The position numbers and the translations under genes were made by a program. A DNA stretch of 38,048 nt, from the NCBI GenBank assembly GCA_010093705.1, contig MU006130.1, positions 1-38,048 of the forward strand. The letters are read 5' to 3'. The notes below the pieces were generated by a model. It was not told where the DNA came from and made no database searches. It saw only the letters and a list, made by a program, of their open reading frames with translations. Source of the DNA: Patellaria atrata CBS 101060. Its lineage: Eukaryota. Each line of letters opens with the position of its first letter. Position 1 is the stretch's first letter. This document shows positions 25,884 through 37,559 of the stretch, one piece after another.

Positions 25884-28800
25884 AATAAATTATTTATATT
25901 TAAAAATTTTATAATATTTAATAATATTTTATATTAATAATATTTATATTTATTAATTTTTTAATAAAGAAATTATTTTATTATTATTTATAAATAAAAT
26001 TAAAAGTTTTATAATAATTATTTTAATTTAATTTAAAAATTTTTTAAAATTTTTTAAATTTTTTTTATTATTTATTAAATAATTATTTAAAGATAATTTA
26101 ATTAATTAATTATTATTTATATTTATATTAATTATTTAATAAATTAAATAAAATTAATTATTAATTATATTTATCTTAATTATTTAATAAATTAAATAAA
26201 ATTAATTTATATATATAAAATATATTTTATTTTTTATATATTTTAATTTATAATAAATTTTAAATTATTATTTATTTAAATATTAATAATATAATAATAT
26301 TTATTAATTAAATAAATTTTAATTATATTATTTATTTTATAAAATATATTATTATAAATTTATATATATTTAATTTAATAAAATTTTTAAATTATTTAAT
26401 ATAAATTTATATTTAATTTAAAATATATATAATTAATAATTTAAAAGTAAATCTTTTATTTAAATATAATATTAAAAATTTTTATAAAATTTATATTAAT
26501 ATATTAAAAAATATATTTATAATTAAAATATATAAATATTTATAAATATTTATTTTTATATAAATTAAATAAAAATAATTATAATATAATTTATAAATAA
26601 TAATAAAATAATTTTTAATTAAAAAATTAATAAAATAAAATATTATTAATAAATAATTAAATATTATAAATTTTTAATATAAAAATTTTCTATTAAATAT
26701 ATTTAATATAATTTATAAATAAATAATATATTTTTCTATTTTATTATAATTTTTAAATTTAATTATATAATTATAATTTAAAAAAATTAATTATATTTAA
26801 TTAAATTTTCTTTTTTAAATATTTTTTTCTCTTTTTAATAAATTTATATATTATATTTAATCTTTTTATATTTTTTATAATATTATAAATATAATAATTT
26901 TTTCTTTATTAAATTTTTTTTCTTTAACTTTTTATTTAATTATTATTTAATAATCTCTTTTTAAATAATTAATTTTTATATATTTTATATATTAAATATT
27001 TTTTTTTATTTATATATATATTTTTTTAATTTATTATTATTTTATAAATATTTTATTAATCTTTTAAAATATTTAAATATTCTTATATATAAATATTATT
27101 TTATAAATAATAAATTTTATACTTTTTATTAATTATTTAATAGTTAAAAAAATAGTATTTAAAGAATTTTCTTAATATTAAATTATTTAATTCTTAATAT
27201 ATTTAAATTATAAAATTATTTTTTTAAAGTTATTTAATATTTAAAAAATCTATAAATTAATAGCGAGAAAAAGGAATTTAATTAATATTAATATTTATAA
27301 CTTTATATTAAATTTTAAAATAATAGTTTAAAAGTTATAAGAAATTAAATTAATATTAAAAAAATTTATTTAAATATTTTTAATTATTATAATATTAATA
27401 TTAATATTTTTAAATATAATAAAGAACTTAATTTTAATAATATAATTAATATAAATTTTAATAAAAACTTTAAATTCTCGATTATATATTTATTTTAATA
27501 TATTAAAATATTTAATATTTAAAGATTAAATAAAATATAAAAAATATATAAATAAATAAATAATAATAATATTCTTTTTTTTATAAAATTCTTTAAACTA
27601 AGTTAATAAATAGTTTATATAATTATTAAAAATAATTATTTAATAAATATTTTTCTATTAAATATTTATATATTAATAGAAATATTAAATTTAGTTTATA
27701 ACTATCTTTTTATCTATTTAACTATTTAATAAGGTCTTAATAATCTAGAAAAACGGGAGACTATATTTAATATATTAGAATATAAGATAATTAATATCTT
27801 ATATAATTAAGAAAGAAAATAATATAAATTATTATTATTTATATACTCGATTATTATAATTTATTTATAATTATTAAGCTAAAATTATTTATCTTTACTA
27901 TATTTATTAATATATATAATAATTATACTATTATAGATAATATTTATTATAAAGTCTATTTTATCGAAATTATAAAGATTAGTATTTTAAATCGTATATT
28001 TTATATATATATTAGCTATTAAATAGAATTATATATTTATTATATTTAAATCTTTATAAAAGATTCTTTAGAAGTTATAAATATAAGAAAAATATATTTT
28101 TAACTTTAATTATTATTTAATAAAATTCTTTATTTAATATTTTTTAACGCGTCTTATAATATATTTTATAAAAAGTAGATTAGCTATCTCTTTTATATTA
28201 ATTAATTAAAATAAAAAATCTTATATATTTAAATTTAAAATATATTAAATAACTATTTTTTCTTTAATTTCTATTAACTTTTATAAATTAAAGTAATAAT
28301 TATATTTAAAAGTTTAATTATTTATTTTTATATAAAAAGTAGTTTTAAAGATATTATAAATTATTATAACTTTTTAACGATTAAATTTTTTATTATATTA
28401 AAGAGTTTAAATAATAAAAATAATTTAACTTTTATTTAATTATATAAATATTATTAATTATAAAGAAATATATTATTATAAAAGAAAAAATTATAATATA
28501 TAGAAAAGTATATTATTTATTTATATATATTATTTATTTATAAATTATATTATTTAAAATTAAATAAAATAAATAAAAAAATTTATATTTTTTAACTTTT
28601 TAATATTTATAATTTAAAAAATAATTTTAAATAAATAAAATTTTAATAAATATTTATAAATTTAATAAATTATTAAATTTAATATTTATTTTATATTTTT
28701 ATATATTAATATTATTATAATTATTTTTAATTATAATTTTATATTATTAATAAATATAATTATTTTTTTTATTAATCTTTAATAATTATAAAAAATTAAT

Positions 28801-30516
28801 ATAAATTTATTATTATATTATATTAAAATTAAAAATAATATAAAAATATAATAATAAAATTTAAAAATAATTTAATATATATTTAATATTAAATAAATTT
28901 AATTTTAAAATTTAATTTTATTATATAATAAATAAATTTATAATAATAAATAATATTAAATAAATAAAAATATATTTAATTTTATTTTTAAATAAAATAT
29001 TTTTAATTATAAAATATTATTATTAATTTTTAAAATTAAAAATAATATATTTTATATAAATATTTTAATATATTAAATTTATAATTATAATAATATAATA
29101 TAACTATAATAATTATATTTTAATTATCTTTATTACTAATTACTAAATATAAAGATTAAATTAAAAAATAATAATATTATAAATTAAATATTTATATATA
29201 ATAATTTTATTTTATTAAACTTTAATTTAATTATTTTTTATTTAATTAATTAATATTTAAAGATCTTTTTTATATTTAATTTAATAAAAATCTTTTATAA
29301 ATAAACTAAATATTTAATATAGAAAATATAAAATTAATATTATAATATATTATTATATTATTCTCTTTTTAATAATAGAAATCGGCCTTAATTTTTATAA
29401 TAATATTAATAGTATTTTATAATATAATTTATTATTTATTTATAATATCTTAAAATTTATATAAACTTTTTCTTTTTAATTATATTATTATTATTATATA
29501 GTTTTATTTTTATCTTAAATTTAAAGACTTAAAATTATTCTTTAAATTAAATTAATAATTTAATATTAATTAATCTTTAATTATAAAAATTTTCGAGTTT
29601 ATATAATATTTTAATAAAGTTATAAACTAAATATTATATTTTATTAAAATTATATTTAATCTAATTTACTTTATATTATAATTTATTATAAAAAATATAA
29701 TTTACTAAAATTTTATTTATTTTATATTTAAGTTTATTATTTATTTTAATTAATAATAATAGTTTTAATTATTATTTAAATAATAAATTTATTAATATTT
29801 TATAAAGTTTATTTATATAAAATATATTTAATATTTTTATATTAATAAATAAATTAATTATATAAAAATATCTTTTTATTTTTATTATTTTATATAAATT
29901 TATATTTTAATAGTTTAATTTAATATTTAGTTTATTTAATATTTAATCTTTATATAAAATAAAGATATAATCTTTTAATTTAAAATCTAGTTTTTTTTAA
30001 TATTTATTAATTAATTTTATTTATATTATTTATATCTTTTTTAAATTATTTTTTATTTATTTAATAATATTATAAATATATTTTATAAATAATTAAACTT
30101 TCTTTTTATTTATTTTTTTTTAAATTATTTTATATATATTAAAATTTATTTATTTTTATTAATTAAAATATATTTATAATTAATAATTAAATTTTAATTT
30201 ATAAATTAATATAATTTAAATAAAATTTATTATAAATAATAATTTTAATTAATTATTTTAATAATAATTTATAAAAAGTTAAAACTATAAATTTATATAT
30301 TAATTAATAATCTTTATATCTTTATTTATTTATAAATAATAAATTATAAATAACTTTTATTTTATTTTTATTAATTTATAAAATTTATCTATAAATATAA
30401 AAATAAATTATAAATTATAATTTAATATTATTATCTTTAATATATTATATATCTATTATATATATTTATAATATAGCTTTATAGCTATTTTAATTAAAAT
30501 ATCTTTAATATAAAGA
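25884..30516. other. Unidentified RIP-degenerate sequence, probably relics of other repeats
   Basis: Same compositional signature as the rest of the block, but no alignment to family B or G by eye. Slightly more G/C at about 27100-28400. Confidence 0.55.
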
Positions 30517-30788
30517 TATAATGACGTGTCACGATGCTAATCCCGTATTTCCTACGCTAAGTGTTTGGTTTATTTGCAAGAGATCTTTGCCGGGTCGGAC
30601 GCGGAAAAGATCTCTAAGCGCTGATTAGTTAAACGGAAGATAGTCGGGCCGAGGCTTGGTAAGGCGGGACTGTTATATACGGATATTCGGCCCACGATAT
30701 TATTGTTCCTTAACTTAATCTCCACACTTAGTAGTTAGTAATAGAGATAGTCAAAATACGATTACTATAGCTATACTACATTGTCACA
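30517..30788 (+). repeat. 5' LTR of family G element (272 bp)
   Basis: Direct repeat of 36746-37007, ending TTGTCACA. Confidence 0.93.
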
Positions 30789-30790
30789 CT

Positions 30791-30800
30791 AGATTAAGTT
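30791..30800 (+). promoter_or_regulatory. Primer-binding site for self-primed reverse transcription
   Basis: AGATTAAGTT lies 2 nt after the LTR and is the exact reverse complement of AACTTAATCT at 30712-30721 inside the LTR. Confidence 0.8.
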
Positions 30801-30841
30801 CACCTTCAACGGCCTCTAGAAAGGCGACATAATATTCCAAC

Positions 30842-32503
30842 CGGAGCACGATATTAGTCTAGCCGACGAACGATCATCGGACCGATCGGGGATCTGCAAG
30901 CAGCCGAGCTCCACCAGCAACGAGATATCCGGTGCCTGAGAGTATCAGCGCCGACGATAACGACGACCCAGTACTTGAAAGAGATTAGGACTGACGAATG
31001 CGAATTACTTAGAGAAGCAAACATTATAGCAAACTAAACGAGATAGTTAAACCTTCAGCAACCTCAGCGAAGTAGACGGGCAACGAGCCAACCATAGATC
31101 CAGGAGTAGAGAGTAGCACCGGATCAAAAGGAAAAGGAAAAATGCACCGACGTAGATCGACGCTAGAAGTGGTCGACCAGCAGATTACCGACGATATCCT
31201 AGAAGCGGATCTATAGAACCTACTAAGAGGAATCCCCGGAATGATAGAAGAAGGGAAGCCTCTTAGGTGTACCGCTATTACAGACGATCGAAACGCCGAT
31301 ACAATCAACGGAGCGAAGGAATGGGTAGCTGAAAGCCTAGACCAGTTCGTAACGGAGTACCTCCACACGAGAGCGAAGCTTATGGCTCGAGAGATACAAC
31401 TCGGAAAGATGGCAAACCTTATTAACGAGATAGCGCCCGACTTACAGCTGAAGCTGCAAGTATACTAAGCGAACGAAGAAGCCATAGAACGCCTCCAGGA
31501 CGAGATCGATGACCTAAAGAGGCAGACTAAGCAGTCTAAACCAGACCGAAGGAGCGTCCGGTTCGACGACGAATCTGACGACGAAGAACCATTGGCACCA
31601 CGTAGTCGTAACGACCGAGCTAGAACAGTCGACTCAACCGGAAGCTTCAGGAGCAGGGGCGACGATAAGATAAAGAAGTTCCCCGATCCACCAGAACTAA
31701 CCGATGGCAAGAAGCCAACCTATAAGGAGTGGAAGAGCAAGATAAACGACAAGCTCCACGTCAACAGCGACTAGTTCCAAGACGAAAGGGCGAAGACTGC
31801 CTATATCAAGACACGGATCAGTGGCGAGGCAGCTAAACACATGTACCCTTTCTTAGAATCGGAGGAGGACGACGTAACCTCAATAAGGCTAATGAGATTC
31901 CTAGACCAGATCTATAAGGACCCAAATAGGCGACTAAAAGCTAGAGACGAACTAAAGGAGTTAAGGCAAGGCTACCTAGCGGACTTTCCGAAGTTCCAGT
32001 CTACGTTCATCCGGCTGGCTAATGAAGCCAGGTTATCACGCGACCAGTGGAAAGAGGAACTCCACGACAGACTCTACGACAGTCTAAGGCTAACAATGGC
32101 GGAAGCCGTGGGCAACGACGAAATTAGCTTCCAGAAGTACTACAGTAAAGCCACGACGCAGGCACGAGAGCTAGAAAGGTCAGGCAAAGCTAGTAAGGCC
32201 CGTAGAGAGAGTCAGAAGCGTGGTAAACCGACTAGAACAACTTCCACCTCAACAACGACGAATAGAACTTTATACCGATTAGGGAGCGGAGGAACCACCC
32301 CACCCATAACACCACAAGTAACGGAGCAGACTATAACTGTTCGGAAGTTTACGGGTAACTGCTTCAACTGCGGCAAGGCCGGACACAGCGCGTTGGAATG
32401 CCGGGGACCAAAGAAGACAACCGAAGTAAAGTCGGTCCAGAAAGACGAGCATTAGAGCTCAAAGTCCGATTCAGGGTCAGATTCGGAAAACGAGAAACCC
32501 TAA
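30842..32503 (+). pseudogene. gag: gag of family G element, interrupted by nonsense codons; start uncertain
   Basis: ORFs 31241, 31592 and 31841 share one frame. CCHC knuckle CFNCGKAGHSALEC. Reading through TAG 32453 gives ...SDSENEKP* at 32503. Confidence 0.88.
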
Positions 32504-32523
32504 GCAGAGACTCCGCATCAGGG
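32485..32523 (+). promoter_or_regulatory. Putative -1 ribosomal frameshift signal (G GAA AAC plus downstream hairpin)
   Basis: pol is -1 relative to gag. The heptamer is in gag phase, followed by a 6-nt spacer and CCCTAAGC...GCATCAGGG (32498-32523). Confidence 0.6.
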
Positions 32524-35500
32524 CTAACAGTAGGAGCACTAGCAACACCGATCAGCGATCCGGTATTAGAAAAGCCATTCACGATGCCGTGCCGAATCTC
32601 GAAGAACGGAATCGCAATACAGCTTAGGGCCCTAATCGACACTAGAGCTCAAGGGTATACCCTACTGAATAAGAGATGGCTACCCGCTCTAAAACAACGC
32701 CTCGGAATCGAAGTCAGAAAGATGGACCAGGAGATCGAAGTCAATGCATTCAATAATTCGAAGGCAGCACCAATTAACCAAGTACTCGAGGCGAGCCTCG
32801 TGATTGGAGGACGAAGGTGGCCAACACCGATTATAGTGACGGATACGGGCCATAATGACATACTTATAGGCAAGGAGTGGTTCTCTAAGACTGGTGGCCT
32901 ACCTGATTGCAGGCACCATCGGATTGTTTGGCCGGAATGGGCTACTGCAGTTGAAGACCAGCAACGAGACATCGTGATTCCGAAGAGCGAGCTGCGAACC
33001 CAAACTGACCCACAGCACCAATTCGACATGGAACGACGAGACAAAGCCATCGATGAACGAGAACGCAACCGACAGAAAGCATTAGTTAACCAGAGGAGGA
33101 AACCGCAACTATTCCAATAGAAGCAACCGAGTTCATGGGCTAAGAACGTCGGCTCCGATCTCCGAAAGATGAAATCAGAACTATCGGACCTAACGGAGAG
33201 GGAGACGCCGGAACTCTCTGAAAAGCCGAAGCCGAAGCCGAGTAAGCGGGTCAATGTTGCCGGGATCTATATAAATATCTGCTTAGTTAGCGGAGAGAAC
33301 TACCTACGGAATGCAAAGCGCAAACATATCGTTATAGGCGCCACGAGCCTACACGAGATTAACTCCTTGATACAAGATCGACTTACGGAAGACGAAGACC
33401 CTCTAGACGAAGACGAAGACGCCCATAGGGCGATGATCTACGAGAAGCTACCTAAGGAGTACCATCACTTGACCCACGTGTTCTCAAAATCCGCATCAGA
33501 CAAACTACCACCGTTCAGAGAAGGTGTAGACCACGATATAGTGCTAGACCAAGATAGTAACCTCACTACTAGCCCCTTATATAACATGCCCATTAAGCAC
33601 TTACAATTAGCGAAAGACTACCTAGAAGAGCATCTCCAGAAGGGGTTCATCGTTCCGAGCGAAGCACCATACGCGTCTCCAGTGCTATTCGCTAAGAAGC
33701 CAGGAGGTGGCTGGAGATTTTGCGTCGACTATCGGAAGCTAAACAGCATCACGAAGAAGGACAAATACCCGTTGCCATTGATCGAAGAGACACTGACACG
33801 ACTGCAGCGAGCTAAGATCTTTACCAAACTAGACGTGAGACAAGCATTCTACCGGATTCGGATGAAAGAGACAGCTGAAGACCTCACCACATTCCGAACG
33901 AGATACGGATCGTTTAAATATAAGGTACTACCGTTCGGGTTATGTAATGGGCCGGCCTCGTTCCAACGGTTTATCAACAAAGCACTCTTCGATTACTTGG
34001 ACGACTTCTACACGGCATACGTCGACGATATCTTGATCTACTCTACGTGTCCGTTAGAACATAAGATTCACGTCACCAAAGTATTAAAAGTATTGGCAAA
34101 AGCCGGCCTGCAAGCCGATATAAAGAAGAGCGAGTTCCACGTAACGAAAACCAAATTCCTGGGGTTTATTATCAGCACCGACGGAATAGCAATGGACCCA
34201 GAGAAGACTGAGGTAGTTCGAAACTGGAAGCTACCCACGAGTGTAAAAGGCATTCTATCGTTTAACGGATTCTACAACTTCTATCGGAAGTTCCTTGAGA
34301 AGTTCGGTCGGGTAATACGGCCGCTGACAGTTCGGACCCGAAAAGGAGTATAGCAACCGCTCGGGCCAAAAGAAGAAGAAGCATTCGAAAGAGCTAAAGA
34401 ACTAATTCTATCGGATCAAGTACTAGCGCACTACGACCCTCTACTCGAGACAAAAGTCGAATCCGACTATAGCGACGGAGTTACTATAGTAGTCCTATCT
34501 CAGCTTCACGGAAAGATCTGGAGACCGGTTGCCTTCTGGACAAAGACGTTATCAGAAACGGAACTAAGGTACGAAATCCACGACAAAGAGATATTGGCCG
34601 TAGTGAGAGTACTAGCCGAATGGAGAAGCATGTTAGTAGGACTACAGCAAGTCCCCTTCACTGTGATTACTGACCATAGAGCACTGGAATACTTCACCAC
34701 GAAACGGTTACTCAATGCTCGACAAGCCCGATGGAGTGAAACCCTATCCGATTTCCACTTCCGAATCACGTACCGGCCCGGAGCCCAGAACGTCGTCGCG
34801 GACGCGCTTTCACGTAAGCAAGAGGACCTGAAGACGGCAAAAGATAAAGACATTACGGCACGGACCCAGGTGCTAATCGACCCGAATATAATGGTAGCAC
34901 CCCTCCAGTTCTTTACAAAACAACAACCACTGTCTAAGAAGACATCTCAGAACAGCAGAAAACGTGTAGCCTCCGAAGAAGAAAAGGAGGTCAGGTTTCA
35001 AGAGGAAGAAAGGGAGGATATACCCACAGATTCGGAGCGGCATGTCCAAAACGAGCTCGGTCGGAACCAGGAACCGTTAGCAACATACCTACTAGTGGAC
35101 CGGATCTTAGAAGTAAACAGGAAGCATAACTCTCTATCGGTATACCGAAAGCAAGCCGAAGCCAAGGAGAGACACTGGGAACTACAGAACGGCCTACTCG
35201 TCAAATTTAGTAGGCTTATAGTTCTAGACGTGGATAACCTTAGAACGTATCTGATACGAGACGTACATGACGCGCTGGTTACAGGACATCCAGGAACGAA
35301 GAAGACGAGAGAGCTAATCCGAGCACGATACTATTGGCCCGGCTTAGTGGCCGACGTGGAGAGATACGTCCGGAACTGTCACACTTGTCGCCGAACGCAT
35401 ATACCAAGAGACAAAACCCCTGGTTTACTGAAATCACTGCCGATAGGAGACAGATATTGGCAACACGTCTCTTTCGACTTCAAATCGTTCCCCAAAGACA

Positions 35501-36666
35501 CACACGGTTTCGAAATGGCGTTCGTAGTGGTAGATCGACTAGGAAAGAGAGCGATCTCGCTTCCCTGCACCAAAGATATCTCAGCTAAGATAGCTGCAAA
35601 GCTGTACTACGAACACGTATGGCGAATATACGGCACACCGGAAACGGCGACATCAGATCGTGGCCCACAGTTTGTATCCGCGTTCACGGACGAACTTTGC
35701 AAACTGACAAAAGTGAAACAGAAGCTATCCACAGCCCACCACTCGCAGACAAACGGAGGAACGGAGATCATTAACCAGTATATAGACCTACGACTCCGAC
35801 CCTTCGTGAACCACCACCAAAGCAATTGGTCGGAATTATTACCTGCAGTGGACTTTGCCCAGGCCACGTTAGTCCACGAATCGACGGGCATTTCCCCTTA
35901 CGAGTTAGAATTCGGTTACCAACCACGAATGCATTTCGACTGGCAAGAGCGGACAGAGCTTGACGCATGCAAGACAGTCCGAGAAAAGATGAGTAGAGAG
36001 GAAGCCCAGCTGTTCGTGAAACGAACTCACGACGCCGTCCAATGGGCGAAAAGCAATCTAGCAAGAGCGCAAGCAACGCAAGCTAAGTCGGCTAACAAGC
36101 ACCGACGAGAACCAGACTTCGGCCCGGGGGACTACGTGTTTATCTCACGGAAGGGCTGGATATCAGATAGGCCAAGCGTCAAGCTCGATCATCAAAACGC
36201 GGGCCCATACAAGATAACTAGCATGAAGGGGCACTCCTACGTGGTCGACTTGCCTAGCAATATGAAGATGTCGAACGTCTTCCACGCCGACAGACTGAGA
36301 AAGGCTCCGATGGATCCGTTGCCCGGACAATCGTTGGAACCACCGCCACCAATCGAAATCGACGGAGAACCCGAATACGAAGTGGACAAGATATTGGCCA
36401 GCCGCATCTCTCGTGGCAAGTTGCAGTACAAAGTAAGCTGGATTGGCTATGATCCGGACGAGACATGGTATCCGGCTTGAAACTTCATCGGGGCACCGCA
36501 CAAGCTCGAGGAATTCCACGACCAGAGACCAGCCGATGCCGGACCACCAGTTCGGCTTAAAGAATGGCTGAGGGCCTTCCGCTCCGACAAAGAAGCACAA
36601 CCGCACGACGATGACGACATCGCAGAGAAGAAGGGCCCGATACAGATACTTAGACGCCGCAAATAG
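32491..36666 (+). pseudogene. pol: pol polyprotein of family G element (protease, RT, RNase H, integrase, chromodomain) with 3 premature stops
   Basis: ORFs 32398, 33169 and 34594 share one frame, with stops at 33118, 34351 and 36478. Motifs: ALIDTRA, WRFCVDYRKLN, YVDD, YEIHDKE, H-x6-H...CHTC, SDRG, GPY, and chromodomain YEVDKIL...YKVSWIGY...TW. Confidence 0.95.
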
Positions 36667-36732
36667 GCAACGACAAAGCGTTACGAAACGCTACCAACGT
36701 CACAACGGAAATCGGGGCCGATTTCTACTGTT

Positions 36733-36742
36733 AGGGGGGGGG
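36733..36742 (+). promoter_or_regulatory. Polypurine tract
   Basis: A followed by nine G, 3 nt upstream of the 3' LTR. Confidence 0.92.
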
Positions 36743-36745
36743 TAA

Positions 36746-37007
36746 TGTGACGACTTGTCACGATGCTGGTCTTGTTCCTATGTTTGGTGAGTTTGCACGA
36801 GGTCTTGGCCGGCTCGGACGCGGAAGAGATCTCGTGGCTGTGATTGGTTAAACGGAAGACAGTCGGGCCGAGGCTTGGCAAGGCGGGACTGTTATAAGCG
36901 GGCATTCGGTCCACGATACAATTGTTCCTTAACTTAATCTCCACACTTAGTAGTTAGTAATAGAGATAGTCAAAATACGATTACTACAGCTATACTACAT
37001 TGTCACA
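36746..37007 (+). repeat. 3' LTR of family G element (262 bp)
   Basis: TGTGAC...GTCACA inverted termini, following the PPT. Confidence 0.95.
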
Positions 37008-37144
37008 CCTAGATATCCGTGCAACAGCTAAATTCGTGCACGACACCGTATAAACTTCTATTGTTCCATCACACATGTTTTCTCGGATTGATTTTAATGT
37101 TCTGGGAAGAAAGTCAAGACTCACTCTCTCTATAACTTTGTAGT

Positions 37145-37150
37145 GATATA
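37145..37150 (+). promoter_or_regulatory. TATA-like upstream element of the 5S gene
   Basis: GATATA at -29 to -24 from the 5S start, the position known for dispersed 5S genes of filamentous ascomycetes. Confidence 0.5.
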
Positions 37151-37173
37151 CACATCCAGAAACTTAGGTTGGC

Positions 37174-37292
37174 ACATACGGCCATAGAACAAGGAAAATA
37201 GGGCATCCCGTTCGCTCTGCCATACTCAAGCCTTGTATCGGTGCAGTAGTAGTTGGGTGGGTGACCACCAGCGAATGCGCACTGCTGTATGT
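37174..37292 (+). rRNA. 5S ribosomal RNA, dispersed copy
   Basis: 119 nt with ACATACGG...CTGTATGT terminal pairing, the conserved TAGTAGTTGGGTGGGTGACCACCAGCGAA segment, and a T run at the 3' end. Confidence 0.96.
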
Positions 37293-37296
37293 TTTT
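37292..37296 (+). terminator. RNA polymerase III terminator (T5)
   Basis: TTTTT at the 5S 3' end, with further T4 runs just downstream. Confidence 0.8.
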
Positions 37297-37513
37297 AACC
37301 TTTTGCTGTTTTAAGAGGGGTGGTCCTTTTTATCAACTGGATTAAGATAGTAATCATATGTGTCTTATAACTAGTTCTATATTTTATTAGCTAATTTATC
37401 TTCTTTTTTCCAATTCCATGTGCGGTATATCAACACCATTAAGGGTTAAAGTATTTTTATACTCTAAAGGAACGTAGCACCTACTCGATAAACCCTTCTA
37501 ACTAGTAATAGAC

Positions 37514-37526
37514 GAGAGAGAGAGAG
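37514..37526. repeat. Short (GA)n microsatellite
   Basis: GAGAGAGAGAGAG. Confidence 0.8.
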
Positions 37527-37559
37527 TTTTGTTTACGTATCAGCACGCTTCCTGTCCCC

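Larger units (their letters stand above)
1..30516. other. RIP-degenerated AT-rich repeat block (probable heterochromatin)
   Basis: Almost only A/T, with strong TpA excess and CpA/TpG depletion. Surviving C/G is mostly in CG, CT and CC contexts. No ORF is called. Copies of the same element differ mainly by C>T / G>A transitions. Confidence 0.95.
30517..37007 (+). mobile_element. Family G Ty3/gypsy chromovirus LTR retrotransposon, full length, lightly RIP-mutated
   Basis: LTRs at 30517-30788 and 36746-37007 with TGTGAC...GTCACA termini (the 5' one starts TATAAT after transitions). Contains gag and pol with PR-RT-RH-IN-chromodomain, and a G-rich PPT. Confidence 0.97.

Noticed and set aside
1..30516. 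Mitochondrial DNA or DNA from a naturally AT-rich organism
   Set aside because: No organellar genes were seen. The sequence resolves into transition-mutated gypsy copies next to a fungal nuclear 5S gene.
36478..36480. Programmed TGA readthrough within the chromodomain
   Set aside because: The sister element has a sense codon (Ser) at the same position, so a simple nonsense mutation is more likely.
31024..36944. Many short minus-strand and alternate-frame ORFs in the track
   Set aside because: They are shadows of gag, pol and the LTR with no recognisable motifs. Family G has only about 65 bp between the pol stop and the PPT, leaving no room for a separate extra gene.
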